A stretch of DNA of 64,000 bases from NCBI GenBank assembly GCA_963806225.1, contig CAWDXG010000003.1:271723-335722 (forward strand), written 5' to 3'. Under the pieces are notes generated by a model. The model was not told the DNA's origin. It saw only the letters and a program-made list of their open reading frames with translations, and ran no database searches. Shown in pieces: positions 19,943 through 32,063 of the stretch; the stretch's first letter is position 1; each line of letters opens with the position of its first letter. Made by a program: the position numbers and the translations under genes. Source of the stretch: an uncultured delta proteobacterium (GTDB lineage: Bacteria; Myxococcota_A; Polyangia; Polyangiales; Polyangiaceae).

Positions 19943-20829
19943 CGCGCCTCCGAAGCTACCACGGGCCCGCGCGCGGCTGCCGGCGCGTCCTTCCAGCGGC
20001 GGTGCATCCACAGCCACTGCTCCGGATGCTGCCGCACGTGCGCTTCGAGCCACGCGGTCGCCTGCTGCATCGCGGCCTCGGGCCAGTCGCGCCCAGGATG
20101 CGCCGGCGGCTCGATCACGCCGGCGAGATCGGCGGCGTGCGTGCCGTCGGCGCACCGATGCGACAAGACGACCACCAGCGGCACGCGCGCCCGCATCGCC
20201 ACCAGCGCCGGCGCCAGATCGACCCACGCCGGCCGACCCATGAACGCCGCGCGCCTCGCGCCGCGCTCGCGCTCCGGCGCCTGGTCGATCATCATCGCCA
20301 CCAGCTCGCCGCGGCCGAGGGCCCGCGCAGCAGCACGCGCCGCTCCGCCCGCGCCGACCAGCGACACACCGCGCCCGCGGCGGAGACCCTGCCACAGTCG
20401 ATCGAGCACGCCGATCGAGAGCCGCTTCGTCACCACCGTGAGCGGCCAGCGCGCCGCAGCGCCGCAGCCGAGCAGATCCCAGTTGCCCGTGTGCGCCGTC
20501 GCGATCACCGCTGCGCGCCCCGGCGACAGCACGCGCTCGGCGGCGGAGAGATCCATCTGCGCCAAGGCGCGCTCGGGAGCGATTGCCAGCGCGCCGAGCT
20601 CGCACAGCCCGCGTCCGAGCGAGCGGTACATCGCGCTCGCCACGCGCTCCGCATCGTCGATGTCCGCGGCGCCGAGCGACTGCACGACGTGGCGCCGCCG
20701 GATCCCGAGCAGCCCGCCAGCCAGCCAGCCGATCGCCGCGCCCAGCGGCGCCGCCAGCTGCCAGGCGAAGCGCCGCAGCGCGAACAACCCGGCAAGCGCC
20801 GTCAGCGCGAGCGCGACGAGGGCGGCCAC
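19939..20829 (-). CDS. Lysophospholipid / lipid A lauroyl acyltransferase family (LpxL/HtrB-like)
   Basis: TAHTGNWD, MIDQ, HPEQWLWMHRRWK. Confidence 0.88.
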   Translation of the reverse strand: MAALVALALTALAGLFALRRFAWQLAAPLGAAIGWLAGGLLGIRRRHVVQSLGAADIDDAERVASAMYRSLGRGLCELGALAIAPERALAQMDLSAAERVLSPGRAAVIATAHTGNWDLLGCGAAARWPLTVVTKRLSIGVLDRLWQGLRRGRGVSLVGAGGAARAAARALGRGELVAMMIDQAPERERGARRAAFMGRPAWVDLAPALVAMRARVPLVVVLSHRCADGTHAADLAGVIEPPAHPGRDWPEAAMQQATAWLEAHVRQHPEQWLWMHRRWKDAPAAARGPVVASEAR

Positions 20830-20836
20830 GTCCCGC

Positions 20837-21115
20837 CTACACGAAGCCGGCCTTGCGTCCCGCCGTCTTCGGCCCGTCCACGGCGCCCGCGTACACATCC
20901 TCGAGCGCCAGCATGTAGCGCTCGCCGCGCACCGTCCGCGCCTCGAGCAGCGCGCCCTTCATGCGCAGCGCTTCGATGCGGCTCACCGTGAGGTTCGCGC
21001 CGTTGCACGCGACGTAGAGCGTCATGTGCCGCCCCTCCGGAGTGGCGTTCCACCCCTCGTCGTCCTTCTTGGCGTCGGCCGCCGAAAGCAGCGCGGAAAG
21101 ATGCTCCTCGGTCAT
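20837..21115 (-). CDS. Hypothetical protein (92 aa)
   Basis: ORF with normal composition, RBS-like GAAGGGG upstream, co-oriented with the downstream operon. Confidence 0.7.
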   Translation of the reverse strand: MTEEHLSALLSAADAKKDDEGWNATPEGRHMTLYVACNGANLTVSRIEALRMKGALLEARTVRGERYMLALEDVYAGAVDGPKTAGRKAGFV

Positions 21116-21399
21116 GCCCCTTCATTTGCCGTCGGGGCGCAGGTGTCAAGGAAACGCGCCTCCGCGAGCTTCAACAGAGGATTGTCCCGATCGCGGCGCT
21201 CCCGCGGTTCGAGCGAGTAGTCGATGCAGATACGCCGGCTCTCCGCCAGCGCCCCGCCGTGTTGCCGCTGCCCGTCGTCGAGTGCTCGTGCGTTCCGACG
21301 ATCACCGCCACCAGCTCGTCACGCTTGTCGACAGACTGCGGATCCCCCGCCGCCCGCCGAACCACCTCGCGGCCCAGCACGCCGTCAATCCCACGGACA

Positions 21400-22410
21400 C
21401 TTTCCCCGCCAAGCCCGAGCTTGCGCAACGAAATGCCCGCCGTACGGGCATTTTTCCCGCCAAGCCCGAGCTTGCGCAACGAAATGCCCGTATTCCGGAC
21501 ATTTCACCCCCACTCGGTGAGCTTGCTCACCAAAATGCCCGCCGGACGGGCATTTTCCCCGCCAAGCCCGAGCTTGCGCACCGAAATGCCCGCCGGACGG
21601 GCATTTTCCCCGCCAAGCCCGAGCTTGCGCAACGAAATGCCCGCCGTACGGGCATTTTCCCCGCCAAGCTCGAGCTTGCGCACCGAAATGCCCGTATTCC
21701 GGACATTTCACCCCCACTCGGTGAGCTTGCTCACCAAAATGCCCGCCGTACGGGCATTTTTCCCGCCAAGCCCGAGCTTGCGCAACGAAATGCCCGCCGT
21801 ACGGGCATTTTCCCCGCCAAGCCCGAGCTTGCGCAACGAAATGCCCGCCGTACGGGCATTTTCCCCGCCAAGCTCGAGCTTGCGCACCGAAATGCCCGTA
21901 TTCCGGACATTTCACCCCCACTCGGTGAGCTTGCTCACCAAAATGCCCGCCGGACGGGCATTTTCCCCGCCAAGCCCGAGCTTGCGCAACGAAATGCCCG
22001 CCGTACGGGCATTTTCCCCGCCAAGCCCGAGCTTGCGCAACGAAATGCCCGCCGGACGGGCATTTTCCCCGCCAAGCCCGAGCTTGCGCAACGAAATGCC
22101 CGTATTCCGGACATTTCACCCCCACTCGGTGAGCTTGCTCACCAAAATGCCCGCCGTACGGGCATTTTCCCCGCCAAGCCCGAGCTTGCGCAACGAAATG
22201 CCCGCCGGACGGGCATTTTTCCCGCCAAGCTCAAGCTTGCGCACCGAAATGCCCGCCGTGCAGGCATTTTCCCCTCCAAGCCCGAGCTTGCGCACCGAAA
22301 TGCCCGCCGTACGGGCATTTTCCCCGCCAAGCCCGAGCTTGCGCAACGAAATGCCCGCCGTGCAGGCATTTCCCCCGCCAAGCCCGCGCTTGCGCCCCAA
22401 AATGCCCGCC
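21400..22410. repeat. 51-bp array (family B), ~20 units
   Basis: AAATGCCCGCCGTACGGGCATTT-TCCCCGCC-AAGCCCGAGCTT-GCGCAACG, with a variant unit roughly every 4th position. Confidence 0.95.
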
Positions 22411-22448
22411 CAACGTCGCTTCGCCGGATCTGCCGCCCCCTGTTCCAT

Positions 22449-22548
22449 GGGCTGCCCCCGCGCTGCCCGTCACTTCGCGGTGCGCCGCGCTGGCGCGCGC
22501 CGCGGGCCCGCCAAGGCCGGTCGCTTCGCGCCCGGCCGGGGGCCCCAC
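22449..22548 (+). repeat. Type 1 hairpin element
   Basis: GGGCTGCCCCCGCGCTGC...CGCGGGCCCGCCAAGGCCGGTCGCTTCGCGCCCGGCCGGGGGCCCCAC. Confidence 0.85.
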
Positions 22549-22571
22549 CCCGCTTCCGCGCCGCCCGCTCT

Positions 22572-22706
22572 CCGCGGCGCGGCGCCGGCCATGTTCCGCG
22601 GCGCGGCGCCGGCCATGTTCCGCGGCGCGGCGCCGGCCATGTTCCGCGGCGCGGCGCCGGCCATGTTCCGCGGCGCGGCGCCGGCCATGTTCCGCGGCGC
22701 GGCGCC
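22572..22706. repeat. 24-bp tandem repeat, ~5.5 units
   Basis: (CCGCGGCGCGGCGCCGGCCATGTT)n. Confidence 0.93.
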
Positions 22707-22728
22707 CGTGACGCGCTATCGTCCCCCC

Positions 22729-23544
22729 ATGTCGTCCGACGAGCGCCAGTTCTCCCGCGACGAGCACATCGTGGTGGAGGACGTGCAGAAGAAGTTCGGC
22801 GACTTCACGGCGCTCGACGACATCGAGATGACCGTCAGCCGCGGGCAGATCGCGGTCATCATCGGCGGATCGGGCGCGGGCAAGACCACGCTCTTGAAGA
22901 TCCTCATCGGCCTGGACAAGCCGACGCGCGGCGCCGTGTTCGTCGACGGCGTGGACATTGCGCCGCTCGGCGACCGCGCGATGAACAAGGTGCGCCAGAA
23001 GATGGGCATGGTCTTCCAGTACTCGGCCTTGCTCGACTCCATGAACATCATGGACAACGTCGCCTTCCCGCTGCGCGAGCACACCAAGCTGCGCGCGAAG
23101 GAAATCCGCCAGCGCGTGCTCGAAAAGCTCGCCATCCTCAAGCTCGAAGGCACCGAGAACAAGTTCCCCAGCGAGCTGTCCGGCGGCATGCGCAAGCGCG
23201 TCGCCCTCGCCCGCGCGCTGATGCTCGAGCCCGAGATCATCATGTACGACGAGCCCACCAGCGGCCTCGATCCACTGAGCTGTCGCCTGGTCGACGAGCT
23301 CATCGAGGAGACGCGCGACCGCTTCGGCGTCACCTCCGTCGTCATCTCCCACGACATGGCCGGCGCCCTGCAGATCGCCGACCGCATCTACCTCCTCGCC
23401 CAGGGCCGCCTCGTCGGCGAGGGCACCCCCCGCGAGCTCGTCGACATGAAGACCGGCCTCGCCGCCGACTTCTTCGAAGCCAGCGGGATTGCCGCGGAAC
23501 AGCTTGTGGAAGCGCCCGACACTGGCGTGAAGTACCGGGAGTAG
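22729..23544 (+). CDS. mlaF: ABC transporter ATP-binding protein, MlaF/Mkl family
   Basis: Walker A GGSGAGKT, MVFQYSALLDS, LSGGMRKRVALARAL, YDEPTSGLDP, SHD. Confidence 0.88.
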   Translation: MSSDERQFSRDEHIVVEDVQKKFGDFTALDDIEMTVSRGQIAVIIGGSGAGKTTLLKILIGLDKPTRGAVFVDGVDIAPLGDRAMNKVRQKMGMVFQYSALLDSMNIMDNVAFPLREHTKLRAKEIRQRVLEKLAILKLEGTENKFPSELSGGMRKRVALARALMLEPEIIMYDEPTSGLDPLSCRLVDELIEETRDRFGVTSVVISHDMAGALQIADRIYLLAQGRLVGEGTPRELVDMKTGLAADFFEASGIAAEQLVEAPDTGVKYRE

Positions 23545-23547
23545 GCG

Positions 23548-24710
23548 CGCTCGCCGACATTTCCCGGCCCATGCCGCGGCTTCGAGCCCATTGTGTCGGC
23601 CGCGCCGACATTTTCCGCCCCTTGCTATAGCTTGACGCCCATGTTGTCGGCCTCGCCGACATTTCCCGGCCCAAGCCGCGGCTTCGAGCCCATTGTGTCG
23701 GCCGCACCGACATTTTCCGGCCCAAGCCGCAGCTTCGAGCCCATTGTGTCGGCCGCACCGACATTTTCCGCCCCTTGCTATAGCTTGACGCCCATGTTGT
23801 CGGCCTCGCCGACATTTTCCGGCCCAAGCCGCAGCTTCGAGCCCATTCGTGTCGGCCGCGCCGACATTTTCCGCCCCTTGCTATAGCTTGACGCCCATGT
23901 TGTCGGCCTCGCCGACATCCGGCTCATGCCGCGGCTTCGAGCCTTGTGTCGGCCGCACCGACATTTTCCGGCCCAAGCCGCAGCTTCGAGCCCATTGTGT
24001 CGGCCGCACCGACATTTTCCGCCCCTTGCTATAGCTTGACGCCCATGTTGTCGGCCTCGCCGACATTTCCCGGCCCATGCCGCAGCTTCGAGCCCATTCG
24101 TGTCGGCCGCACCGACATTTTCCGCCCCTTGCTATAGCTTGACGCCCATGTTGTCGGCCTCGCCGACATTTCCCGGCCCATGCCGCAGCTTCGAGCGCAT
24201 TCGTGTCGGCCGCGCCGACATTTTCCGCCCCTTGCTATAGCTTGACGCCCATGTTGTCGGCCTCGCCGACATTTCCCGGCTCATGCCGCAGCTTCGAGCC
24301 CATTGTGTCGGCCGCACCGACATTTTCCGGCCCAAGCCGCAGCTTCGAGCCCATCGTGTCGGCCGCGCCGACATTTTCCGCCCCTTGCTATAGCTTGACG
24401 CCCATGTTGTCGGCCTCGCCGACATTTCCCGGCTCATGCCGCGGCTTCGAGCCCATTGTGTCGGCCGCACCGACATTTTCCGGCCCAAGCCGCAGCTTCG
24501 AGCCCATTGTGTCGGCCGCACCGACATTTTCCGCCCCTTGCTATAGCTTGACGCCCATGTTGTCGGCCTCGCCGACATTTCCCGGCCCATGCCGCAGCTT
24601 CGAGCCCATTGTGTCGGCCGCACCGACATTTTCCGCCCCTTGCTATAGCTTGACGCCCATGTTGTCGGCCTCGCCGACATTTCCGCCGTCAAGCTGGGGC
24701 TTGACGCCTT
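23548..24710. repeat. 51-bp array (family A), ~22 units, alternating two unit types
   Basis: TGTCGGCCGCACCGACATTTTCCGCCCCTTGCTATAGCTTGACGCCCATGT alternates with TGTCGGCCTCGCCGACATTTCCCGGCCCAAGCCGCAGCTTCGAGCCCATTG. Confidence 0.95.
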
Positions 24711-25055
24711 TTTGTGTCGGGCATCGGCGCGCTGGCGACCAACGTCTCGCTCAATCGCTGTATCGGAAAAGCTGGCACGCTGAGCCGGCGGAGCCGCGCA
24801 CCCGGGTTGGCGTCGCCTGGCGACCGCCGCCGGCCGCCACCGGTTCCGCCACCCCCCGGATCCACGACGAAGCAGCATTGTCGCGGCCAGCGCGGGATGC
24901 GGGGCACGGCACCGGGTTTGCACTGCGTCGCCGGCGTGACTGGTCCTGCTGCACCAACGGGCGCGCCCGCCGCGGACGAGGCCGTGGCGCGTTCCTCTGC
25001 CGTGGCGCGTTCCTCTGCCGTGGCGCGTTCCTCTGCCGTGGCGCGTTCCTCTGCC

Positions 25056-26462
25056 GTGGCGGGCAACCGCCTCGTCTTCGATCGCGGCACGCTGGTGCTC
25101 GCCGGCGCTCCAGCGCCACGCCCTGACGAGCCGCGCGGCTCCGAACTGCCCGGCATGCTCTTCGATCCGCGCATCGACGGGTTCCGCGCGCCGGCGTATT
25201 TCTACGCGGATCTGGCCGCCGCCCTCGCCGACCGCGCGAGCGCCCCGCGCGACAGCGTGCTCGAGGACGCCGCGTGCGAGGACTGGCGCGACGTCGATCT
25301 CCGGCCCTATCAGCAGGCGGCGCTGCTGGCGTGGCGGCTTTCCGGCTCGCGGGGCGTGGTGGTGCTGCCGACGGGCAGCGGCAAGACGCGCGTCGCGCTG
25401 GCGGCCATGGCGGCCGCGGGCCGCTCCAGCCTGTGCATCGTGCCGACGCGCGCGCTGATGCACCAGTGGAAGCAGGCGCTCCGCGAGGCGTACGAAGGGC
25501 CCGTCGGCGTACTCGGCGATGCGGAGCGCTCGCTCGCGCCGATCACGGTGGCGACGTTCGAGAGCGCGCTCCGCTGGATGCCGCGGATCGGCCATCGCTT
25601 CCGCCTGCTGGTCGTGGACGAGGTGCACCACTTCGGCACCGGTCGCCGCGACGAGGCGCTGGAGATGTGCGCCGCGCCGTTGCGCCTGGGGCTGACGGCA
25701 ACCCCCGCGCCCGAGCCCGCCGCGCTGCGCATCGAGGAGCGCATCGGTCCGGTCGCGTATCGCCTGGCCATCGACGATCTGGCCGGGCGCTACCTCGCCG
25801 ACTTCGACACGGTCGTCCTGTGGCTCCAGCTCGATCCCGACGAGCGGCGCGCCTACGACACCGACGTCGAGATCTACCGCCGTGCGCTCCGGCATTTCCA
25901 CGAAGTGCGGCCCGGGGGCAGCTGGCCGGAGTTCGTCGCGCTCGCCAGCCGGAGCCAGGAGGGGCGCGCGGCGCTGTCGGCGTGGCGGCGTTCGCAGCGC
26001 CTGCTGGCTCTGCCGCGCGCCAAGCGCCGCGCGCTCGAAGGCCTGCTCGCGCGGCACACGCAGAGCCGCATGCTCGTGTTCACCGCCGACAACGACTCGG
26101 CCTACCGCATCGCACGCGAGCAGCTCGTGATGCCGCTCACCTGCGACATCGGCCGCGCCGAGCGCGGCACGGTGCTCGAAGCATTCCGCGAGGGACGCCT
26201 GCGCGCGCTCGTCTCGTCGCGCGTGCTCAACGAGGGGCTGGATGTCCCCGACGCCGACGTGGCGATCGTCGTCGGGGGTACGCTCGGTGAACGCGAGCAC
26301 GTGCAGCGCGTGGGCCGCCTGCTCAGGCCGCGCCCCGGCAAGCGCGCCATCATCTACGAGCTCGTCACGCGCACCACGAGCGAAACGCGCCAGGCGGCTC
26401 GGCGCCGCCGTGGGCTCGGCGGCGCGCACGCGTTCCACCCCACCTCGAGCGGAGCGCGATGA
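25056..26462 (+). CDS. XPB/Rad25-like SF2 DNA helicase (start uncertain; ORF open from 24714; 18-bp repeat x4 at ~24981-25060)
   Basis: LVFDRGT, LRPYQ, LPTGSGKT, DEVHH, LGLTATP, LNEGLDVP, QRVGRLLR. Confidence 0.9.
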   Translation: MAGNRLVFDRGTLVLAGAPAPRPDEPRGSELPGMLFDPRIDGFRAPAYFYADLAAALADRASAPRDSVLEDAACEDWRDVDLRPYQQAALLAWRLSGSRGVVVLPTGSGKTRVALAAMAAAGRSSLCIVPTRALMHQWKQALREAYEGPVGVLGDAERSLAPITVATFESALRWMPRIGHRFRLLVVDEVHHFGTGRRDEALEMCAAPLRLGLTATPAPEPAALRIEERIGPVAYRLAIDDLAGRYLADFDTVVLWLQLDPDERRAYDTDVEIYRRALRHFHEVRPGGSWPEFVALASRSQEGRAALSAWRRSQRLLALPRAKRRALEGLLARHTQSRMLVFTADNDSAYRIAREQLVMPLTCDIGRAERGTVLEAFREGRLRALVSSRVLNEGLDVPDADVAIVVGGTLGEREHVQRVGRLLRPRPGKRAIIYELVTRTTSETRQAARRRRGLGGAHAFHPTSSGAR

Positions 26463-27850
26463 GCGCTCCGTCCCACTCCACCCGTAGAGCGCCGGCACCG
26501 GGCGAAACGAGCGCGACCCCGGCGCGTGGTCCCCGGCACGCGCCGTCGCCCCGTCTGGGTCTCGACCTCGTCGCAGCCGCGCTCGAAGGTCCGCCACACT
26601 CGCTGCTCTCGCCGGCCTACCTCGGCCCGCAGGACTACCCGTGGCTGCGCGCGCTGCTCGACGAGGCCGCGCGCTTCGAAGGCGCGCGCCGCAGCGAGCT
26701 GTCCGCGCGCCTGTCCGAGCCGCTGCCCGTGCGAGCGCCGCAGGCGCAGCTGCGCATGGCGAAGGCCGTGCTCGAGCAGCTCGTGACCGACCGTCTGGCT
26801 TCCGCGGTGAAGCCGCGCCAGGCGAGGCAGCTCGTGTTCGAAGCCGCCGCAGCGGCCGATCGATCCAGCGCGCTCGCAGCAGCCTCTCGACCGCGCGCTC
26901 CGAGCTCGGCGGCCGCCAGCGCAGAAGACGCCGACTGGCGCACCGTCGTCCTCGAGCGCGTCGCGGCCGATCTCGGCGTCGACCGCTCCGATCTGATTGA
27001 ATCGCTGTTCGCCGATCTACCCGGCGAGCGCACGATCCAGCCCTTGCCCGGAGCTCTCACGCCCGCCGCGCTGGCCCTGCGCACGAACGCGGCGCTCGCC
27101 TCCGGCCTGCTCGCGCGCGCCAGCGAGGTGCGCGTGTCGGTCTACGGGTCGGCGCGCGCCGTGGTGCGGCACGCGCGGCGCGTGGGCTTGCTGTGCGTCG
27201 CGACGCGCAGCGCGTCGCCGGCGGCGGAGGGCCGTGCCGTAGCGCCGCTGGCCGACGACAGCCCGCGCGCCGGAGCCCGCGACGCGGTGCTGCACATCTC
27301 CGGCCCGCTATCTCTGTTCCGCCACACGGTCATCTACGGCCGCGCGCTCGCGTCGCTGCTGCCCCGGCTGGCGTGGTGCGATCGCTTCGAGCTCACCGCC
27401 AACGTCGTGCTGCGCGGCGGCGAGGTGCGCCAGTTGCTCGTCAAATCCGGCGACCCGCTGCCGCCCGCGCGCGAGCTACCGCGCTACGACAGTCGCCTGG
27501 AAGAGCGCTTCGCCCGCGACTTCGCACGCGCCGCTCCCGACTGGGACATCGTGCGCGAGCCCGAACCCATTTTCGTCGGCGCGGGGCGGCTGGTCTTTCC
27601 CGACTTCGAGCTGGTCCATCGCCACAAGCCCTCCCGGCATTGGCTGCTGGAGATCGTGGGCTTCTGGACGCCGGCGTATCTCGAGAAAAAGCTCCGGAGC
27701 CTGCGCCAGGCCGAGCTCCGGCACCTGGTGCTGTGCATCGACGAGACCCGCAACTGCAGCGACAGCGAGCTGCCCGCCGGCGCGCGCGTCGTGCGCTTCC
27801 GCCGCCGCATCGATCCGACCGCGGTGCTCGCGGCCATCGAGGTCGGGTAG
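26459..27850 (+). CDS. DUF790 / Bax1-like nuclease
   Basis: LFADL, SGPLSLF..T..YG..LA, YDSRLEERFA, VFPDF, EIVGFWTPAYLEKK; overlaps the helicase stop. Confidence 0.85.
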   Translation: MSAPSHSTRRAPAPGETSATPARGPRHAPSPRLGLDLVAAALEGPPHSLLSPAYLGPQDYPWLRALLDEAARFEGARRSELSARLSEPLPVRAPQAQLRMAKAVLEQLVTDRLASAVKPRQARQLVFEAAAAADRSSALAAASRPRAPSSAAASAEDADWRTVVLERVAADLGVDRSDLIESLFADLPGERTIQPLPGALTPAALALRTNAALASGLLARASEVRVSVYGSARAVVRHARRVGLLCVATRSASPAAEGRAVAPLADDSPRAGARDAVLHISGPLSLFRHTVIYGRALASLLPRLAWCDRFELTANVVLRGGEVRQLLVKSGDPLPPARELPRYDSRLEERFARDFARAAPDWDIVREPEPIFVGAGRLVFPDFELVHRHKPSRHWLLEIVGFWTPAYLEKKLRSLRQAELRHLVLCIDETRNCSDSELPAGARVVRFRRRIDPTAVLAAIEVG

Positions 27851-27851
27851 C

Positions 27852-28001
27852 AAGCTGGAAGAAGTGAAGCCCGGGACGCTGCGCCGCTACGTGCGCGCGC
27901 TGGGCGCAGAGCTCGAGCTCGTGGTCACACTGCCCGACGGCGCGGCGATCGTCATCCGGTCGGAACGGCGGAACAAGCGCCGCGCGGGCGGGCGGCGGTA
28001 G
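27852..28001 (+). pseudogene. C-terminal remnant of an XRE-HTH (HigA-like) regulator
   Basis: Manual translation KLEEVKPGTLRRYVRALGAELELVVTLPDG..., typical of XRE antitoxin C-halves; N-terminus missing. Confidence 0.55.
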
Positions 28002-28235
28002 GGCCCTCGATGGGCGCTTCCAGAAATAGCTCCAGAACCAATCGACCGACGCCGTCGCCGCGCGGCGGTCGCGCACAGCACCCGCCCTGGAGTATTCTGG
28101 CCAGGCAGGACGGACGCGGGGGCCCAGCCGGAGTCACGTCCCCCCTCCTCCAGCGGCAGAGCTCCGCGTCCGACCCGCTCCATCGCTTTTCACGCAACCG
28201 CGCTCCAGAGCCGACCGAACAGCACGCGCGACACC

Positions 28236-29477
28236 ATGTCCATCGCCGAGAAGCAGCCGCCCGCGGCCGGGCTCGATCCGGATCCGCTGGCGGGCACGAA
28301 GTACCGGGGGCTGGAACGCATCGGACAGGGCGGCATGGGCGAGGTGGTGCTGGTCGAGCACATCGAGCTCGGACGCAACGTGGTCGTCAAGCTGCTGCAC
28401 ACGACCTGCCAGGGCGACAGCGAAATGGTCGATCGCATGCGCATCGAAGCGCAGACGCTGGCGCGGCTCTGTCACCCCAACATCGTCGCGGTCAACGACG
28501 TGGGGCGCACGCCGGGAGGACGGCCTTTTGTCGTGATGGAGCGGCTGCGCGGGCGCACGCTCCACGCCGAGCTGCACGAGCGCGGCGCGCTGCCGCCAGC
28601 GGAGGCGCTCGCCATCATCCAGAGCGTGCTCGGCGCGCTGGCCGCAGCGCACGAGCTCGGCGTGGTGCACCGGGACGTGAAGCCGGCGAACATCTTCCTG
28701 CACCAGCCTCGTTCACCCGCGTCCGGCGGCGCGGACGACGAGCGCGTCGTCAAGCTGCTCGACTTCGGGCTCGCGAAGGTGCTCTCCGGCGCTTCGCCGC
28801 GCGCGCCCGCGCCGCTCGCAGAGCCCACGCAGGACGGCGCGGTGCTCGGCACGCCCGGCTACCTGAGCCCGGAGCAGGCCGCGGGCCGCCCGCTCGACGC
28901 GCGCAGCGATCTGTACGCGGCGGGACTCGTGCTCTACCGCATGGTCGCCGGCCGCCGTCCCTTCGAAGGCACGGGCGAGGAGCTCATCGCCGCCACGCTG
29001 AAGAAGCGCCCCGCTCCGCCCTCGCATTTCAGCGCGGAACCCATCCCGCCCGAGCTCGACCACGCCGTGCTCAAGGCGCTGGCGAAGGATCCGGACCGGC
29101 GTTTCCAGACGGCCAGGGAATTCGCGACGGCGCTCGGCCTGATCCTCTCGTCGTGGAGCCTTCCGGTGGGATGGGTTCCGACGCTGGCCTTCGACGGCAG
29201 CTCCTTTGCCGGCCCGATACCCGACTACATCCGCGAGCGGCTGCCCTTCGCGGCGCTGGATCCGGGCGCCGACGCCGCGCCCATCGAGGCAGCCGATTCC
29301 ACAGCGGCTCCGGCACCTTCGCGCGTGGACCAGGACGAGGCGCCGCCCGTCGTGACCTCCCGCTCCTCTTCTTCCAGCACAAGACCCGGCTCACCTGCAC
29401 TGGTATTTGCCATCGCCGTCATCGTCACCGCGGCGCTGGTTGCCGCACTGGTCGCCTGGCTGGTATCGGGAGCCTGA
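28236..29477 (+). CDS. Ser/Thr protein kinase with C-terminal TM
   Basis: IGQGGMGEV, HRDVKPAN, DFG, GTPGYLSPEQ. Confidence 0.93.
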   Translation: MSIAEKQPPAAGLDPDPLAGTKYRGLERIGQGGMGEVVLVEHIELGRNVVVKLLHTTCQGDSEMVDRMRIEAQTLARLCHPNIVAVNDVGRTPGGRPFVVMERLRGRTLHAELHERGALPPAEALAIIQSVLGALAAAHELGVVHRDVKPANIFLHQPRSPASGGADDERVVKLLDFGLAKVLSGASPRAPAPLAEPTQDGAVLGTPGYLSPEQAAGRPLDARSDLYAAGLVLYRMVAGRRPFEGTGEELIAATLKKRPAPPSHFSAEPIPPELDHAVLKALAKDPDRRFQTAREFATALGLILSSWSLPVGWVPTLAFDGSSFAGPIPDYIRERLPFAALDPGADAAPIEAADSTAAPAPSRVDQDEAPPVVTSRSSSSSTRPGSPALVFAIAVIVTAALVAALVAWLVSGA

Positions 29478-29500
29478 GCGCCAGGGGGTGCATCCGCTCG

Positions 29501-31297
<1,797 letters not shown>

Positions 31298-31306
31298 AGC
31301 GCACCC

Positions 31307-32050
31307 ATGACCGCCAAACGCAGCGAAACCGACGTGGTCGGACATGATCCCGAGCTTGCCGGGGCCATGTACGAGCGCGAGGGCGACGCCAGGGGCGTGC
31401 ACGCTGATGGCGCGACCGATGCGGGCGCAGGCGAGCGCCCGGACACCGTGCGCGACTTGAATCGCTTCCAGTCGAAGACGGTGCCGCCCGAGCTCGCCCG
31501 CGCCATGCTGGACGTCGATCTCGGGGCCATCGACGACGGCGGTGCCGCCACCGCCGACGAACCGCTACACGATACGCCCGGCCCCATCGCGGATCCCGAG
31601 CCCCACGAGATCGCGACGTCGCGCAGCGCGCCACGCGGGCGGCGCCGCGCGGTCGCGATCGGGGTCGTGACGGCGCTTGTCGCCGGCGTCGTTCTGGTCG
31701 TCGTGATCGGCGGTCGCAACGCGCCCCCGACACCCGCGACGCTACCAGCGCAGCGCACCGCCCCCCTGCACGCCACGGCTGCGCCACAACCGGCTTCCCC
31801 GGCGACCGCCACCGCGCCGGCGGCAGCACCGCGCTCGTCTGCAGCGCCGGCGGGCTTGACAACAGCTCTGCCGGCAGCGTCCGGCACAGCCGCGCGCGCC
31901 GCGCCGGCGCCGCGCCGTCCGCACGCTGTGCACGCCGTGCGGCCGCCTTCCGCAACGGTGCACAAGGCTCCGCCGCGCGCGACCGCTCCTGTCGTTTCCA
32001 ACCACGCCCCACAGAACAGCCCACCCAACAGCTCCGGCTTCCCCTACTGA
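31307..32050 (+). CDS. Single-pass membrane protein, Pro/Ala-rich
   Basis: Acidic N-terminus, TM segment AVAIGVVTALVAGVVLVVVI, in operon. Confidence 0.7.
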   Translation: MTAKRSETDVVGHDPELAGAMYEREGDARGVHADGATDAGAGERPDTVRDLNRFQSKTVPPELARAMLDVDLGAIDDGGAATADEPLHDTPGPIADPEPHEIATSRSAPRGRRRAVAIGVVTALVAGVVLVVVIGGRNAPPTPATLPAQRTAPLHATAAPQPASPATATAPAAAPRSSAAPAGLTTALPAASGTAARAAPAPRRPHAVHAVRPPSATVHKAPPRATAPVVSNHAPQNSPPNSSGFPY

Positions 32051-32063
32051 GCCCACCTGCCCG

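Noticed and set aside
21171..21400. Possible small gene or fragment before the 21.4-kb array
   Set aside because: No convincing start or recognisable motif on either strand.
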